DNA of 64,000 nucleotides from an uncultured Alphaproteobacteria bacterium (GCA_944391725.1 CALXUQ010000001.1:17345-81344), one strand, 5' to 3'. Shown: positions 27,386-38,196, counted from the first letter of the stretch. The notes: a model not told the origin generated them from the letters alone. Numbers and translations: made by a program.

Positions 27386-27414
27386 TTGACTCCACAAGAT
27401 TTTACGATTATAAA
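27386..27414 (+). promoter_or_regulatory. Predicted sigma70-type promoter of the rpmH operon
   Basis: TTGACT, 17-nt spacer, TATAAA. Confidence 0.5.
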
Positions 27415-27506
27415 AACTCTCGTCCGAGGCTTTGTAAAAACACAAAGCTTAAATAATTAATAAAAACAACAGTCCGGGAACAGTCCCGGCCAACCGGAGA
27501 AAACAA

Positions 27507-27641
27507 ATGAAACGTACATATCAGCCTTCCAAATTGGTAAGAGCCCGCCGTCATGGCTTCCGTACCCGCATGGCAACTGCCGGCGGTCGCAAAGTTTTGG
27601 CAGCACGCCGTTTAAGAGGACGCAAAAAACTTTCAGCCTAG
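27507..27641 (+). CDS. rpmH: 50S ribosomal protein L34
   Basis: Not in the ORF track (44 aa). Translates to [51 protein letters not shown]. Confidence 0.95.
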   Translation: MKRTYQPSKLVRARRHGFRTRMATAGGRKVLAARRLRGRKKLSA

Positions 27642-27655
27642 TGCAGGTTTTTGCC

Positions 27656-28060
27656 ATGACTGAAATCCGCATCATCAAGAAACGGAAAGATTTTTTAAAA
27701 GTCGCCAAGCAGGGTGAAAAGGTGGTTCAATCCACCCTGATTCTGCAGGCGACTTTTAATTTGTCAGTAGAGCCAGGATGTTGCCACTTGGGTTATACTG
27801 CCACCAAAAAATTGGGAAAAGCTCATATCCGCAACCGCACCAAAAGAAGATTGCGCGCTGCCGCCCGTGTTGTTTTTGGGGCGAACGGACTTGAAGGTGT
27901 GCAGTACGTGCTCATTGGCCGCTATCGCACTGCCGACTGTCCTTTTGAACAACTGCTAAAAGAAATGCAGCATGCCCTCAAAAAAGTCAACAAACTACTG
28001 CAAAACGGAGGCGATTCGCATGAGCAAACTGCTGAACCGATTGCTGATTCTGCCAATTAG
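27656..28060 (+). CDS. rnpA: Ribonuclease P protein component
   Basis: ATG at 27656 ([16 protein letters not shown]...). Basic motif [17 protein letters not shown]. Directly follows rpmH. The 3' end overlaps yidD by 41 nt. Confidence 0.85.
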   Translation: MTEIRIIKKRKDFLKVAKQGEKVVQSTLILQATFNLSVEPGCCHLGYTATKKLGKAHIRNRTKRRLRAAARVVFGANGLEGVQYVLIGRYRTADCPFEQLLKEMQHALKKVNKLLQNGGDSHEQTAEPIADSAN

Positions 28061-28268
28061 AGTTTATCAAAAACTCATCTCCCCGCTTTTCCCCGGAGTT
28101 TGCCGCTATCGTCCCACTTGTTCGGAATATATGATTGAAGCCATCCAAATTCACGGTGCCTGCAAAGGTATCTGGCTGGGAATAAAAAGATTATTGCGCT
28201 GCCACCCTTGGGGCGGCTCCGGCTATGATCCGGTTCCCCCTAAAGAAAACACGGATAAAAAGGCATAA
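28020..28268 (+). CDS. yidD: Membrane protein insertion efficiency factor YidD
   Basis: ATG at 28020 ([22 protein letters not shown]...[10 protein letters not shown]...[14 protein letters not shown]). Confidence 0.9.
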   Translation: MSKLLNRLLILPIRVYQKLISPLFPGVCRYRPTCSEYMIEAIQIHGACKGIWLGIKRLLRCHPWGGSGYDPVPPKENTDKKA

Positions 28269-28360
28269 ACACTTGCTCAGAGCTTGAAATTAGGGTACAA
28301 AAGCATTAAAAAGTTTGTCAGCAGTTTAGTACTGCAAATGATTAAGGAGTAAAATTCATA

Positions 28361-30049
28361 ATGAAAGACGAAACCCGCGGCCTGTATCTGGCCATCATTC
28401 TTTCCATGGTAGTCATCTTCATCACCAACTGGATGTTTCCGGCCGCAGAACCTCAAGTTCAAGCAGATGTTGACATTCCGCAGACCGCATTGAATATGCC
28501 AGAAAATGAAACAACAAAATCCGAAAATGAGGTTAAAGAAGAAAAAACTTTATTAAGCACGGCACAGGCTGTGGCCCAAGACCGCCGCATTAATATTGTC
28601 AATCAGGACATCCGCGGTTCTCTTCGTTTGAAAGGTGCTCGTTTTGATGAATTGTATCTCCGCAAATATCGCACCGAGATTGACCCGCAAAGCCCGGCGG
28701 TTGAGTTGTTATCTCCTTCCCAAACCGCTAACCCCTACTATGCTGAGTTTGGCTGGTTGTCCTCAGATAAAAGCATCAAGTTGCCGGACAACAACACCGT
28801 CTGGACTGCCAAAAGCCGCGAACTAACTCCGCAAACCCCCTTGGTATTGGAATGGAACAATGGTCAGGGCCTGCGTTTTATCCGCAAGATTTCGGTTGAT
28901 GAAAACTATATGTTCACCATCGACCAAAATGTCGAGAACAACAGCGGCAAAACTGTTGCTCTTTTCCCATATGGCTTAATCAACCGCCACTATGAAAAAT
29001 CTGCCGAGAACAGCAGTGTTGTTCATGAAGGTATGATTGGTGTTCTCGATTCGTCCTTAGAAGAAATTAAATATACCAAATTAAAAAAGGTCGGCGAAAA
29101 AGAAAGTTTTGAAACCAACGGCGGCTGGGCCGGTTTTGGTGACCGCTATTGGTTCACTTCTTTTATTCTTAACAATACCGATAACGGCAAGGTTAAATTC
29201 AGCCACACCGGAGAAAATACCTATCAGGTTGACTACGTCGGCCAAGCTGTTGAAATCGTTCCCGGTTCAGTTGGTAGCAACAGCATCAAATTTTACGCCG
29301 GGGCTAAAGAAATCAAACTTTTGGATTACTACACCGACAAACTCAACATTCAAAAATTTGATTTGGCTGTTGACTTTGGCTGGTACTATTTCTTGACTAA
29401 ACCGTTCTTCTACATTTTAGACTTTTTGTATCACTTCATCGGCAACATGGGTTGGGCCATTTTGTTGTTTGCCGCCTTGTTGCGCTTGGTCATGTTCCCG
29501 ATTGCCAACAAGTCTTATGAGAGCATGTCCAAGATGAAAAAAGTTCAGCCCAAATTAAAAGAGCTGCAAGAAAAATACAAAGACGACAAAGTTAAATTAC
29601 AACAAGAGATTATGGAAACCTACCGCAAAGAAAAAATTAATCCGGCTGCCGGTTGCCTTCCGGTTTTAATCCAGATTCCGATTTTCTTCTCTTTGTATAA
29701 GGTATTAAACATCGCCATTGAAATTCGTCATGCTCCCTTTGTGGGCTGGATTCAAGACCTTTCCGCCCCTGATCCTTTGACCATATCGGTTTTAACCAGC
29801 TTACCGATTCCCGGCTTATTAGACATTGGGGTTTGGCCGATTTTGATGGGTATCAGTATGTACATTCAGCAAAAACTCAATCCGGCTCCGGCCAACAAAG
29901 ACCAAGCTCGCATTTTTGCCCTAATGCCGCTGATTTTCACCTTCATGCTCGGACATTTCGCATCTGGCTTGGTCATTTACTGGACCTTGAGCAACCTCTT
30001 GTCCATTATCCAGCAAAAAGCCATCATGCATAAATTAGGAGTCAAATAA
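28361..30049 (+). CDS. yidC: Membrane protein insertase YidC
   Basis: 562 aa with a periplasmic domain plus a conserved C-terminal 60-kDa insertase core (MFPIANKSYESMSKMKKVQPKLKELQEKY). Confidence 0.95.
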   Translation: MKDETRGLYLAIILSMVVIFITNWMFPAAEPQVQADVDIPQTALNMPENETTKSENEVKEEKTLLSTAQAVAQDRRINIVNQDIRGSLRLKGARFDELYLRKYRTEIDPQSPAVELLSPSQTANPYYAEFGWLSSDKSIKLPDNNTVWTAKSRELTPQTPLVLEWNNGQGLRFIRKISVDENYMFTIDQNVENNSGKTVALFPYGLINRHYEKSAENSSVVHEGMIGVLDSSLEEIKYTKLKKVGEKESFETNGGWAGFGDRYWFTSFILNNTDNGKVKFSHTGENTYQVDYVGQAVEIVPGSVGSNSIKFYAGAKEIKLLDYYTDKLNIQKFDLAVDFGWYYFLTKPFFYILDFLYHFIGNMGWAILLFAALLRLVMFPIANKSYESMSKMKKVQPKLKELQEKYKDDKVKLQQEIMETYRKEKINPAAGCLPVLIQIPIFFSLYKVLNIAIEIRHAPFVGWIQDLSAPDPLTISVLTSLPIPGLLDIGVWPILMGISMYIQQKLNPAPANKDQARIFALMPLIFTFMLGHFASGLVIYWTLSNLLSIIQQKAIMHKLGVK

Positions 30050-30693
30050 TGGGTTTTGAGCCGGCCACCTTCACTCCGGAACAAATCGACACTGCCAACA
30101 AATTGTTTAAGCAGCCCTGTCGGTTTGTCTTAGGAGTGGCCGATTTATCCCAGCTGCCCATAACCGGATTACCCGAAGTTGCCTTCATCGGGCGCTCTAA
30201 TGTTGGCAAATCAAGCCTGATAAATGCTTTGACCGAACAAAAAGGTTTGGCCAAAACCTCTAATACTCCCGGACGCACTCAACAGCTCAACTACTTTGAG
30301 TTTGATGAGCAAATTTATTTGGTCGACCTCCCCGGCTATGGCTTCGCCCAAGCTCCCGAGAACTTGGTTAAACAATGGCAAAAACTCATTTTTGCCTACC
30401 TTCAGGGACGAGTTGAGCTCAAACGTGTCTTTATGCTGATTGATGCACGTCACGGTGTCAAAAAAGTTGATGAAGACATTATGAAAATGTTGGATACCGC
30501 TGCCGTCACCTATCAAATCGTTTTAACCAAAACCGATAAAATTTCTGCTCCCGCCTTAAATAAGGTTGTTAAGGCCACGGAAGAGATTGTCAAAAAGCAT
30601 GGCGCCGCCTATACCCGTGTACTCGCCACCAGCTCCGAAAAAGGAATTAGCTTAGAGCAAGTTCGAGCCGAGATTGCCTCGCTGATTTATTAG
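30049..30693 (+). CDS. engB: Ribosome biogenesis GTP-binding protein YihA/EngB
   Basis: GRSNVGKSSLINAL, DLPGYG and TKTDK motifs. TAATG overlap with yidC. Confidence 0.9.
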   Translation: MGFEPATFTPEQIDTANKLFKQPCRFVLGVADLSQLPITGLPEVAFIGRSNVGKSSLINALTEQKGLAKTSNTPGRTQQLNYFEFDEQIYLVDLPGYGFAQAPENLVKQWQKLIFAYLQGRVELKRVFMLIDARHGVKKVDEDIMKMLDTAAVTYQIVLTKTDKISAPALNKVVKATEEIVKKHGAAYTRVLATSSEKGISLEQVRAEIASLIY

Positions 30694-30761
30694 ATTGACA
30701 AAAACCGACAAATCTGCTATGTTAAGGTTTCAAATCGAATAATTATAAAATCAATATACAT

Positions 30762-30986
30762 ATGAAAAAGAAAAAAAACTATTATTGGCGATTTTTGTTA
30801 GTAGCCATTGCGCTCATTATCGCCACGGTGGTAATTTTTTGTAACACCGATGGATATGCCAAATTGTGGGCATTCTGCCCTTTTCTTGGTATTATTGCCC
30901 TCGGTGTTTGGCGATTAAAGCTGGAGGAAAAGCAAGATAGCACCCCTCCATCTTATAATTATCGCTACAGGTATCCAAGAAAGTAA
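30762..30986 (+). CDS. Small hypothetical membrane protein (74 aa)
   Basis: Two predicted TM helices, ATG start, terminator downstream. Confidence 0.4.
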   Translation: MKKKKNYYWRFLLVAIALIIATVVIFCNTDGYAKLWAFCPFLGIIALGVWRLKLEEKQDSTPPSYNYRYRYPRK

Positions 30987-30991
30987 GATTT

Positions 30992-31037
30992 AAGACCGCA
31001 ATATTTGCCTTAGAGCAATATTTCGGTCTTTTTTTTT
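30992..31037. terminator. Bidirectional terminator hairpin
   Basis: AAGACCGCAATATT ... AATATTTCGGTCTT followed by a T-run. Lies between convergent genes. Confidence 0.7.
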
Positions 31038-31779
31038 ATTTTACAAATTTTTTATAAGCTTGTTTTCGTTCCGAGCGGTTCATTGACCAAAGATTGCCCC
31101 AACCATTAATCGGCTGAACCTCAAATTTGGATTGCAAATTAAAATCTCGCCGCAAAAACAAACTCGTACATTTGGTATAAGCATTCATCGGGCAAAATCC
31201 ATAAAAATCCACCTGAATCAAATCGGCATTTTTGAGGACTTTCACAGCCTCCCGATATTCCTGACTGGTATTAATACGGTCGCTGTCATCAAGAATAATC
31301 ATTCCCCCGGGAGCTAGCTTGAGCACCGCCGTCCGTGCACATTCGGCACGACGTTTACCGTCCACCACAATCACATCATAAAGCGTGTCATCTTCAAGAA
31401 TGGCATCTTCATAAATTTCGCCTTCTTCTCTCCAGCGAATATCAAGATTCGGCTGATTAAATTCTTGTTTCCAGCGGTTAAACCATATCGGATTATCCTC
31501 CACACTCACCACCTTTTGAGCTCGCTCCGCCCAAAACGGCGAAGAATATCCGCACCCAAATTCAAAAACTTTTTTGTTAGCATAATCAAACTGCGAAATA
31601 TATTCAATCGCCGGATAAGTGTACCAAGGAATTGGGTTACCATCTTTATCCTGACAAAGTTTTTCATCAATTGAGCGCTCCAAACCAAAATCTTTTTGGA
31701 GCATTTCGACTGCTTTCAAAAATTTTTCGCTAAACAAAAATTCCTCCTCTTGAAAAGCCTTTACTGAGCTATATATCAT
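31036..31779 (-). CDS. Class I SAM-dependent methyltransferase-like protein
   Basis: VFEFGCGYSSPFWAERAQKVVSVEDN (motif I) and LKLAPGGMIILDD. The ORF extends to a TTG at 31797, and the first ATG is at 31779. Confidence 0.6.
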   Translation of the reverse strand: MIYSSVKAFQEEEFLFSEKFLKAVEMLQKDFGLERSIDEKLCQDKDGNPIPWYTYPAIEYISQFDYANKKVFEFGCGYSSPFWAERAQKVVSVEDNPIWFNRWKQEFNQPNLDIRWREEGEIYEDAILEDDTLYDVIVVDGKRRAECARTAVLKLAPGGMIILDDSDRINTSQEYREAVKVLKNADLIQVDFYGFCPMNAYTKCTSLFLRRDFNLQSKFEVQPINGWGNLWSMNRSERKQAYKKFVK

Positions 31780-31818
31780 AAACGAAAAAAATACCAACCT
31801 TTTTTATGGAGATAATTC

Positions 31819-32025
31819 ATGATTTATCTGCAACGTATTGCTCTGATTTTGGTCATCATCGGTGGCTTAAATTGGGGCTTAATCGGCCTTACTGACATTG
31901 ACTTGGTTGCTTTGTTGTTCGGCCCGATGAGCATATTGAGCCGCATTGTATACATTTTGGTCGGACTCTCAGCCATCTTGATGTGCTGGGGTGTGCCTTG
32001 CAGCTTCCGCAATCAAAAGGACTAA
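31819..32025 (+). CDS. DUF378 family small membrane protein
   Basis: IIGGLNWGLIGL motif typical of DUF378. Two TM segments. Confidence 0.7.
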   Translation: MIYLQRIALILVIIGGLNWGLIGLTDIDLVALLFGPMSILSRIVYILVGLSAILMCWGVPCSFRNQKD

Positions 32026-32052
32026 CCAACACCAAATTTCTTTCTCCGAACT

Positions 32053-32087
32053 AAAACGACCTATTTAGAATAAATAGGTCGTTTTTT
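32053..32087. terminator. Bidirectional terminator hairpin
   Basis: AAAACGACCTATTTA-gaa-TAAATAGGTCGTTTTTT. Confidence 0.8.
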
Positions 32088-32088
32088 A

Positions 32089-33129
32089 TCAGTAAGCTCG
32101 CCGTTGCAGTTTTGCCGCCGCCGAAGAAATCTGCATAATTGTATAACTCACGATTTCTTCCACCGGCATATTGGTAGTTTTGCAATCGCGCTCACATTTG
32201 TAGAGCAAATCCATCACCCCGAGCAGTTTATCCTTGCGCCAAAATGACAGCTGACGTTTAAATGCCGGCTCCCGAAAAAATATGATTCTCGGTACTAATT
32301 TATAGATTGCCTTGTCAGGAGTTTCACCATTTTCCATATAGCCCAACACCGTCAACAATTTGCTGAAATGATAAGTCAAATTACGAACAATTGAGATAGG
32401 CTCATTTCCCTCATTAATCATCTTATAAAAAGCTTTTTGCGCTTTTTCGCTATCCCCGCCGGCGGCATAATAGCAAACATCATCAGCGGTAGAAGACGCA
32501 GCATCAGATACAATATTTTCCACATCAACTACGGCAATATCCTTTTTGCCGCCCATATAAGTAATCAGCTTTTCAATTTCGCCCAGATTCGTTTTGCGGT
32601 CATTTGATAAGCGCGCACATAAAACTTTGAGCGCCTCACTTCCAATGGTATAACCATTCTCAACCAACTTATTGCGAACCGTTGTATATACATCTTCATC
32701 GCGATCCTCATAGCAGGCAATCGCAGCCATATCCTCACGGCTTTCCGCTAAGGTTACTAAGGAAGATTTTTTATTAAAACCGGCACCGGAGATAATCACC
32801 AACGTATCCGAATTAATGGTTTCAAGCATCGTTTTGATATGCTTGGTCAGATTGTTATCAGCATCTTTAATAACAATCACCCTGCGTCCACCCAAAAGCG
32901 ACTGACTGGCATATTCTGCCATCAAAGTCGAACTGTCCGCATTGACATCGGCCCCGTTGAGATACACCACTTGGAAAGGATCATAAATATTCGGACAAAC
33001 CGCCGCAGTCAGATTTTTCACATATTCGGCTTGCAAACCTTCATTGCTCCCATAAACCAGAAAGACCTTGACCGCCATATCCGGCTTTTTGAGATATTTA
33101 TCAATCTGAGCTTGCTTATAAATCGCCAT
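32089..33129 (-). CDS. holA: DNA polymerase III delta subunit
   Basis: 346 aa in the conserved leuS-lptE-holA arrangement, with a delta-subunit-like N-terminus (FLVYGSNEGL). Confidence 0.75.
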   Translation of the reverse strand: MAIYKQAQIDKYLKKPDMAVKVFLVYGSNEGLQAEYVKNLTAAVCPNIYDPFQVVYLNGADVNADSSTLMAEYASQSLLGGRRVIVIKDADNNLTKHIKTMLETINSDTLVIISGAGFNKKSSLVTLAESREDMAAIACYEDRDEDVYTTVRNKLVENGYTIGSEALKVLCARLSNDRKTNLGEIEKLITYMGGKKDIAVVDVENIVSDAASSTADDVCYYAAGGDSEKAQKAFYKMINEGNEPISIVRNLTYHFSKLLTVLGYMENGETPDKAIYKLVPRIIFFREPAFKRQLSFWRKDKLLGVMDLLYKCERDCKTTNMPVEEIVSYTIMQISSAAAKLQRRAY

Positions 33130-33667
33130 AGGAGTCCTTATTATACATTTCTTTATGGAAATATGCCCCCAAACGCAAAGCTATGTCATTAGCAATAATT
33201 TTTGCGGCATCTTCCTCAGTTTTTTTCTGTGCCATCGTGGTCGAATAAGGATTCGAAAGAATATCATAACTCACAAAAGAAATACTGTTCCCGCTCAGCA
33301 AAGTCTTGCCATTTGCCACCAACTTATAACGAACCGAATAGCGAACTCTTTCGCGCGTTGCCGTAATATCCTTACGCAAAGCCTGCTGCGTAACTTGCTT
33401 GTTTGCCGGTGTCACATAGAGGCGATATTTAGGCTTTTTAGGAGAGCCCAACGGTGTAATTAGGTCCAACAACTGGTTTCTGATTTGCTGTCCAAAACGC
33501 TCGGCAATCGGCTCAACCGAAATCTGTTCCATTTCGTTTGTAATCGAGGTATCAAATTTGCCGCCAAAATACCATCCGGTATTATTTTGCTTTTTGGCAT
33601 AGAGAGGTTCAAAACCACACGCGGCCAGCAATGACAACACCAAACCAAGAGCTAATATTTTTTTCAT
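33116..33667 (-). CDS. lptE: LPS-assembly lipoprotein LptE
   Basis: ATG at 33667 (MKKILALGLVLSLLAACGF lipobox). Sits between leuS and holA. Confidence 0.8.
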   Translation of the reverse strand: MKKILALGLVLSLLAACGFEPLYAKKQNNTGWYFGGKFDTSITNEMEQISVEPIAERFGQQIRNQLLDLITPLGSPKKPKYRLYVTPANKQVTQQALRKDITATRERVRYSVRYKLVANGKTLLSGNSISFVSYDILSNPYSTTMAQKKTEEDAAKIIANDIALRLGAYFHKEMYNKDSYGDL

Positions 33668-33737
33668 TCGTAACCTTTGCAAAATTAACTAACTTAAATT
33701 TAACCGCAAATACCTGCCAAGTCCACCATTTTTTATC

Positions 33738-33766
33738 AAAAGACCCCGTGAAATTTCACGGGGTCT
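33738..33766 (-). terminator. Perfect palindrome downstream of leuS (possible attenuating hairpin)
   Basis: AGACCCCGTGAAA/TTTCACGGGGTCT. Only a weak T tract follows on the minus strand. Confidence 0.45.
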
Positions 33767-33788
33767 GAAAAGCTGATTAGTAGCAACC

Positions 33789-36278
33789 TTAAGCCGCCAC
33801 AATATTGACGATTTTGTTTGGTACCACAATCACTTTCTTAATACTTTTGTCGGCCACTTGACGTTTAACATTTTCAAGCGCCAAAGCCGCAGCTTCCACA
33901 TCAGCATTAGGAGCATCTTTGGGCATTTCGATGGTGCCACGCATCTTACCGCAAATCTGCACTGCAATAGTCACCACATCATCTTGTGCCAAAGCGGCAT
34001 TTCCTTTCGGCCAAGTTTCAGCCACAATCAAGGTATCATGCCCTAACCTTGCCCACATTTCCTCAGCCAAATGCGGAGTAAACGGACACATCAGCTTGAG
34101 CAAAGTTTCATAGAGTTCCGGAGCAATTTTCTCTAAGCTTGCCAAATGGTTGACATAAACCATCAACGAAGAAACTGCCGTATTAAACTTCATCTGGTCA
34201 ATACGCTCCGTCACTTCCAAAATGCATTTGTGCATAGCGCGCAAATCTTTGTCGCTTGGTTTAACATCTTTGTAGACTTTCTTAAACAGATTAAAGACCT
34301 TACCCACAAAGCGATAAACTCCGTTTAAGCTTTCTTCCGACCACATTGCCACTTGATCAAACGGCCCGATAAACATCTCATAAAGACGGAAGGTATCTGC
34401 CCCATAGTTTTCAACAATATCATCGGGGTTAATTACATTTCCGCGCGATTTTGACATTTTCTCACCGTTCTCGGCCAAAATCATACCATGAGAAGTCCGT
34501 TTTTGATAAGGCTCTTTAGTCGGAACATAGCCAAGATCATATAAGAACTTGTGCCAGAAACGCGAGTAGAGCAAGTGCAGAGTTACATGCTCCATACCAC
34601 CGTTGTACCAATCAACCGGCATCCAATATTCCAGCGCTTCTTTGGAGGCAAATTCTTTGTCATTGTGCGGATCACAATAGCGCAAGAAATACCACGAAGA
34701 ACCGGCCCAGTTCGGCATCACATCGGTTTCACGACGGGCATGACCACCGCATTTCGGGCAAGTAGTATTGACCCAATCGGTCGCTTTGGCCAAAGGAGAG
34801 TCGCCGTTGTCATTAGGCATAAAATCGGAAACTTCCGGCAGAGTTAAAGGCAAATCTTCTTCTTTGAGCGGAACCCAACCGCATTTTTCACAATATACCA
34901 TCGGAATTGGTTCACCCCAATAACGCTGACGAGAGAAGACCCAATCGCGCAGTTTGAAATTGACTTTTGCTCGTCCGAAACCTTTGCTTTGAGCATAATC
35001 AATCGCCGCTTTCATCGATTCTTCTTTGTTCATACCATCAAGGAAAGAAGAATTGATATGCGGGCCGTCTTCTTCAAAAGCTTTTTCGCTGATATCACCA
35101 CCAGCCAACACTTGGATAATCGGCAGATTAAAAGCTTTAGCAAAATCATAGTCGCGCTGATCATGTGCCGGCACGGCCATAATTGCACCGGTTCCGTATC
35201 CGGTTAAGACATAATCGGAAATAAATACCGGTATCAGCTCGCCGTTAAACGGATTTTTCGCTTTAATACCTTTGAGTTCCACTCCGGTTTTACTATCATT
35301 CATTGTCCGTTGCAAATCCGACTTTTTAGCAGTTTCGGCCACATAAGCCTGCACTTCGGAAGCATTAGAAAATTCACTCATCAGCTCGCTGACATAGCGG
35401 TGCTCTGGCGCCAACACCATATATGTCACCCCAAAAGCCGTATCCGGACGAGTAGTAAACACGGTCAATTTTTTATCTGCAAAGGGGGTACCGTCAGCTT
35501 TTACCAAACCAAAATCAAGCTCAGCCCCTTCCGAACGCCCAATCCAGTTGATTTGTTGCGCTTTTACTCTATCCAAGAAATCCAAATCTTTTAAATCATC
35601 AATCAAGCGGTCGGCATATTTGGTAATTGCCACCATCCATTGCTCTTTATTTTTGCGCACCACCTGTGCACCGCAGCGTTCGCAGCAACCATTAACCACT
35701 TCTTCGTTAGCCAAACCGACTTTGCAGCTCGGGCACCAGTTAATAGCAATTTTATCTTTATAAGCCAAACCGTTTTCATAAAGCTTGAGGAACATCCACT
35801 GTGTCCACTTATAATATTTAGGATCACAAGTAGAAATACATCTGTCCCAATCGAAGCTAAACCCGATAGATTTCATCTGACGAGTAAAGTTTTTGATATT
35901 TTCGGCAGTTGAGATTGCCGGATGGATTCCGGTCTTGACCGCATAGTTTTCGGCCGGCAAACCAAAAGCATCAAAACCCATGGGGTACAAAACATTAAAA
36001 CCCTGCATCCGCTTTTTGCGAGAGATAACATCCAAAGCGGTATAAGAACGCGGGTGCCCCACATGCAAACCGGCTCCCGACGGATAAGGGAACTCAACCA
36101 AGGCATAAAACTTTTGTTTGTTTTTATCTATCTCTACCTTATAGGCTTTTTCTTCATCCCAAATATTTTGCCATTTTTTCTCAATTGCATGAAAATTGTA
36201 ACGGTCTTCCTCCCGCCATTCTTTAGCCCAATCTTCATAGTTGTCTTTGCCGTTATAACGGTCTTTATTTTTTATCAT
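33789..36278 (-). CDS. leuS: Leucine--tRNA ligase
   Basis: 829 aa. HVGHPRSY (HIGH) and KMSKSRGN motifs. Confidence 0.97.
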   Translation of the reverse strand: MIKNKDRYNGKDNYEDWAKEWREEDRYNFHAIEKKWQNIWDEEKAYKVEIDKNKQKFYALVEFPYPSGAGLHVGHPRSYTALDVISRKKRMQGFNVLYPMGFDAFGLPAENYAVKTGIHPAISTAENIKNFTRQMKSIGFSFDWDRCISTCDPKYYKWTQWMFLKLYENGLAYKDKIAINWCPSCKVGLANEEVVNGCCERCGAQVVRKNKEQWMVAITKYADRLIDDLKDLDFLDRVKAQQINWIGRSEGAELDFGLVKADGTPFADKKLTVFTTRPDTAFGVTYMVLAPEHRYVSELMSEFSNASEVQAYVAETAKKSDLQRTMNDSKTGVELKGIKAKNPFNGELIPVFISDYVLTGYGTGAIMAVPAHDQRDYDFAKAFNLPIIQVLAGGDISEKAFEEDGPHINSSFLDGMNKEESMKAAIDYAQSKGFGRAKVNFKLRDWVFSRQRYWGEPIPMVYCEKCGWVPLKEEDLPLTLPEVSDFMPNDNGDSPLAKATDWVNTTCPKCGGHARRETDVMPNWAGSSWYFLRYCDPHNDKEFASKEALEYWMPVDWYNGGMEHVTLHLLYSRFWHKFLYDLGYVPTKEPYQKRTSHGMILAENGEKMSKSRGNVINPDDIVENYGADTFRLYEMFIGPFDQVAMWSEESLNGVYRFVGKVFNLFKKVYKDVKPSDKDLRAMHKCILEVTERIDQMKFNTAVSSLMVYVNHLASLEKIAPELYETLLKLMCPFTPHLAEEMWARLGHDTLIVAETWPKGNAALAQDDVVTIAVQICGKMRGTIEMPKDAPNADVEAAALALENVKRQVADKSIKKVIVVPNKIVNIVAA

Positions 36279-36282
36279 TTAT

Positions 36283-36726
36283 CTATCCTTTATTTGATAA
36301 CAAATCTTTTCTATACAAATCTCTGGCCTGAAGCAAAATCTGATGTTTAATTTCGGCGGCGAGAGTCTTATCCGCCTTCACATCAACCCACTGCCCATCT
36401 TCCATCTGGCGTTTATACACTTTCACATTCAAACCGTCACTGCGCAGTTCCCGAGTATAGACTTTGGCTTCGACCTTAAACAAATCGTTGGGGCTGCCCT
36501 CCATTCTTATCCACTTGGTAACAATGATACCCCCGTTTTTATCTTCAATCTCTATGGGCAAGCTGCCCAATTTGTCCAGTGCGCCCTGCCACAAATAGTG
36601 ATTAACACCGGCTTGCTCTGCCGGAATTTGTTTTTCTTCACTTGCAAACGGGTTAAGCGATGACCAAGAGCAACCACCGGCCAAGAGCAAGAGCCCGAGC
36701 ATCATAGCAAAATATTTTTTCATCAT
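36283..36726 (-). CDS. DUF3576-like lipoprotein
   Basis: ATGATG at 36726 (MMKKYFAMMLGLLLLAGGCSW). LWQGALDKLGSLPIEIEDKNGGIIVTKW motif. Position upstream of leuS is typical for alphaproteobacteria. Confidence 0.7.
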   Translation of the reverse strand: MMKKYFAMMLGLLLLAGGCSWSSLNPFASEEKQIPAEQAGVNHYLWQGALDKLGSLPIEIEDKNGGIIVTKWIRMEGSPNDLFKVEAKVYTRELRSDGLNVKVYKRQMEDGQWVDVKADKTLAAEIKHQILLQARDLYRKDLLSNKG

Positions 36727-36891
36727 TACCCCTATTATTAAAAAAAGCTTAACTTTTGAGTAAGTTATCCCAATTTGAAACAAAACACAAGCCGCATCAA
36801 AGATTTTAACAGCCGATTTCATCAAAAAATTCGGACTTGTATTTAACACAAAATATCTCTAGAATGCAAGAAAATTAAGGAAGAAAATTTC

Positions 36892-38196
36892 ATGAGCAAC
36901 GCCCGACAAATTTGTGTAGAAATCATCCAGCAGATCCTAAACGACAAAGTTTTTTTCAGTGAGGCCAAATCTGAGCTCAAAGCTGAAGAAAATGCCGACA
37001 TCTCTTTTATTAACATGCTGGTTTTGACCACATTGCGTCGCCTAATCTTCATCAAGAAAGCTCTGCGCCAATTCGTAAAAAAAAGCCCCCCAAAAAATTT
37101 GCGTTTTGTAGATTGCGCCTTATATGTTGCCGCCGCCGAACTGCTGTTTTTGGAAACCCCTGATTATGCCGTAATCAATAGCTACGTTGAGCTCATCAAA
37201 AAGCAACAAGATAAATATGCCGCCAATTTTGCCAACGGTGTGTTAAGAAATCTGGCTCGCGAAAAAGACCAAATAATGAGCCGCGATACCAGCACATTTT
37301 TTTCCACTGAGTTCACCAAAATCCTCACCGGCTATACGCGCGAACAGATTCGCCAAATTGAGGAATATTCAGCTCAAGAAGCTCCGCTCGACTTAAGTTT
37401 CAAAAGTTTGGCACAAGCCGAGCACTGGGCTCCCAAACTTGACGGCACTTTGTTGCCCAATGGTTCGATTCGCTTGGAAAACAACGGCAAAATTTCCGCC
37501 CTACCCGGCTACAAAGAAGGAGCTTGGTGGATCCAAGACTTTGCCGCCTCACTACCGGTTTTAGCTTTAGGAAAAGTTGAGGGACTGCGCGTACTTGACC
37601 TCTGTGCGGCTCCCGGTGGCAAAACCGCCCAGCTCATCAGCCGCGGCGCCCTTACGACTGCTTTGGATATTTCCAAGAGTAGGCTCCAAATTTTAAGCGA
37701 AAATCTGCAACGGCTCAATTTGAACGCACAAGAGATTATCTGCGCCAATGCTTTAGAATATCTAAAAGACTATAAAGAACCTCTGTTTGATATCATCTTG
37801 CTTGATGCCCCCTGCTCGGCTTCCGGCACACTGCGCCGCCACCCCGAACTTGTCCATATTAAAAATACTAAGGATATTAAACAAGCCGCCAAACTACAGC
37901 GACAATTACTTGATATGGCAGGCAAAGCCTTGAAAGAAGGCGGCATATTGTTATATACAGTTTGCTCAATCGCCAAGGCTGAAGGCGAAGAACAAATTGA
38001 AACTTTTCTTGAGCAAAATGCTGACTACCGCCTACTCCCAATCAAGATTAATGACATTGATTTCAGCGGCACCAAAAGTCTTTCCGTACTCCTTAACCCT
38101 CAAGGATGTATTCGTACCTTACCTTACTACTCGGGTCCCCAAGGCGGCATGGACTCATTTTTTGTTGCCAAACTGCAAAAGGTAAAAAACTCATGA
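36892..38196 (+). CDS. rsmB: 16S rRNA (cytosine967-C5)-methyltransferase RsmB-like
   Basis: NusB-like N-terminus. DLCAAPGGKT SAM motif. DAPCSASGTLRRHPE and TCS catalytic cysteines. Confidence 0.85.
   Translation: MSNARQICVEIIQQILNDKVFFSEAKSELKAEENADISFINMLVLTTLRRLIFIKKALRQFVKKSPPKNLRFVDCALYVAAAELLFLETPDYAVINSYVELIKKQQDKYAANFANGVLRNLAREKDQIMSRDTSTFFSTEFTKILTGYTREQIRQIEEYSAQEAPLDLSFKSLAQAEHWAPKLDGTLLPNGSIRLENNGKISALPGYKEGAWWIQDFAASLPVLALGKVEGLRVLDLCAAPGGKTAQLISRGALTTALDISKSRLQILSENLQRLNLNAQEIICANALEYLKDYKEPLFDIILLDAPCSASGTLRRHPELVHIKNTKDIKQAAKLQRQLLDMAGKALKEGGILLYTVCSIAKAEGEEQIETFLEQNADYRLLPIKINDIDFSGTKSLSVLLNPQGCIRTLPYYSGPQGGMDSFFVAKLQKVKNS

Noticed and set aside
33738-33766. The perfect 26-nt palindrome between leuS and lptE as a protein-binding operator or mobile-element end
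   Set aside because: It is a single copy in the window at an operon-internal position, so an RNA hairpin (attenuator or stabiliser) is the simplest reading. It is kept only as a low-confidence terminator.
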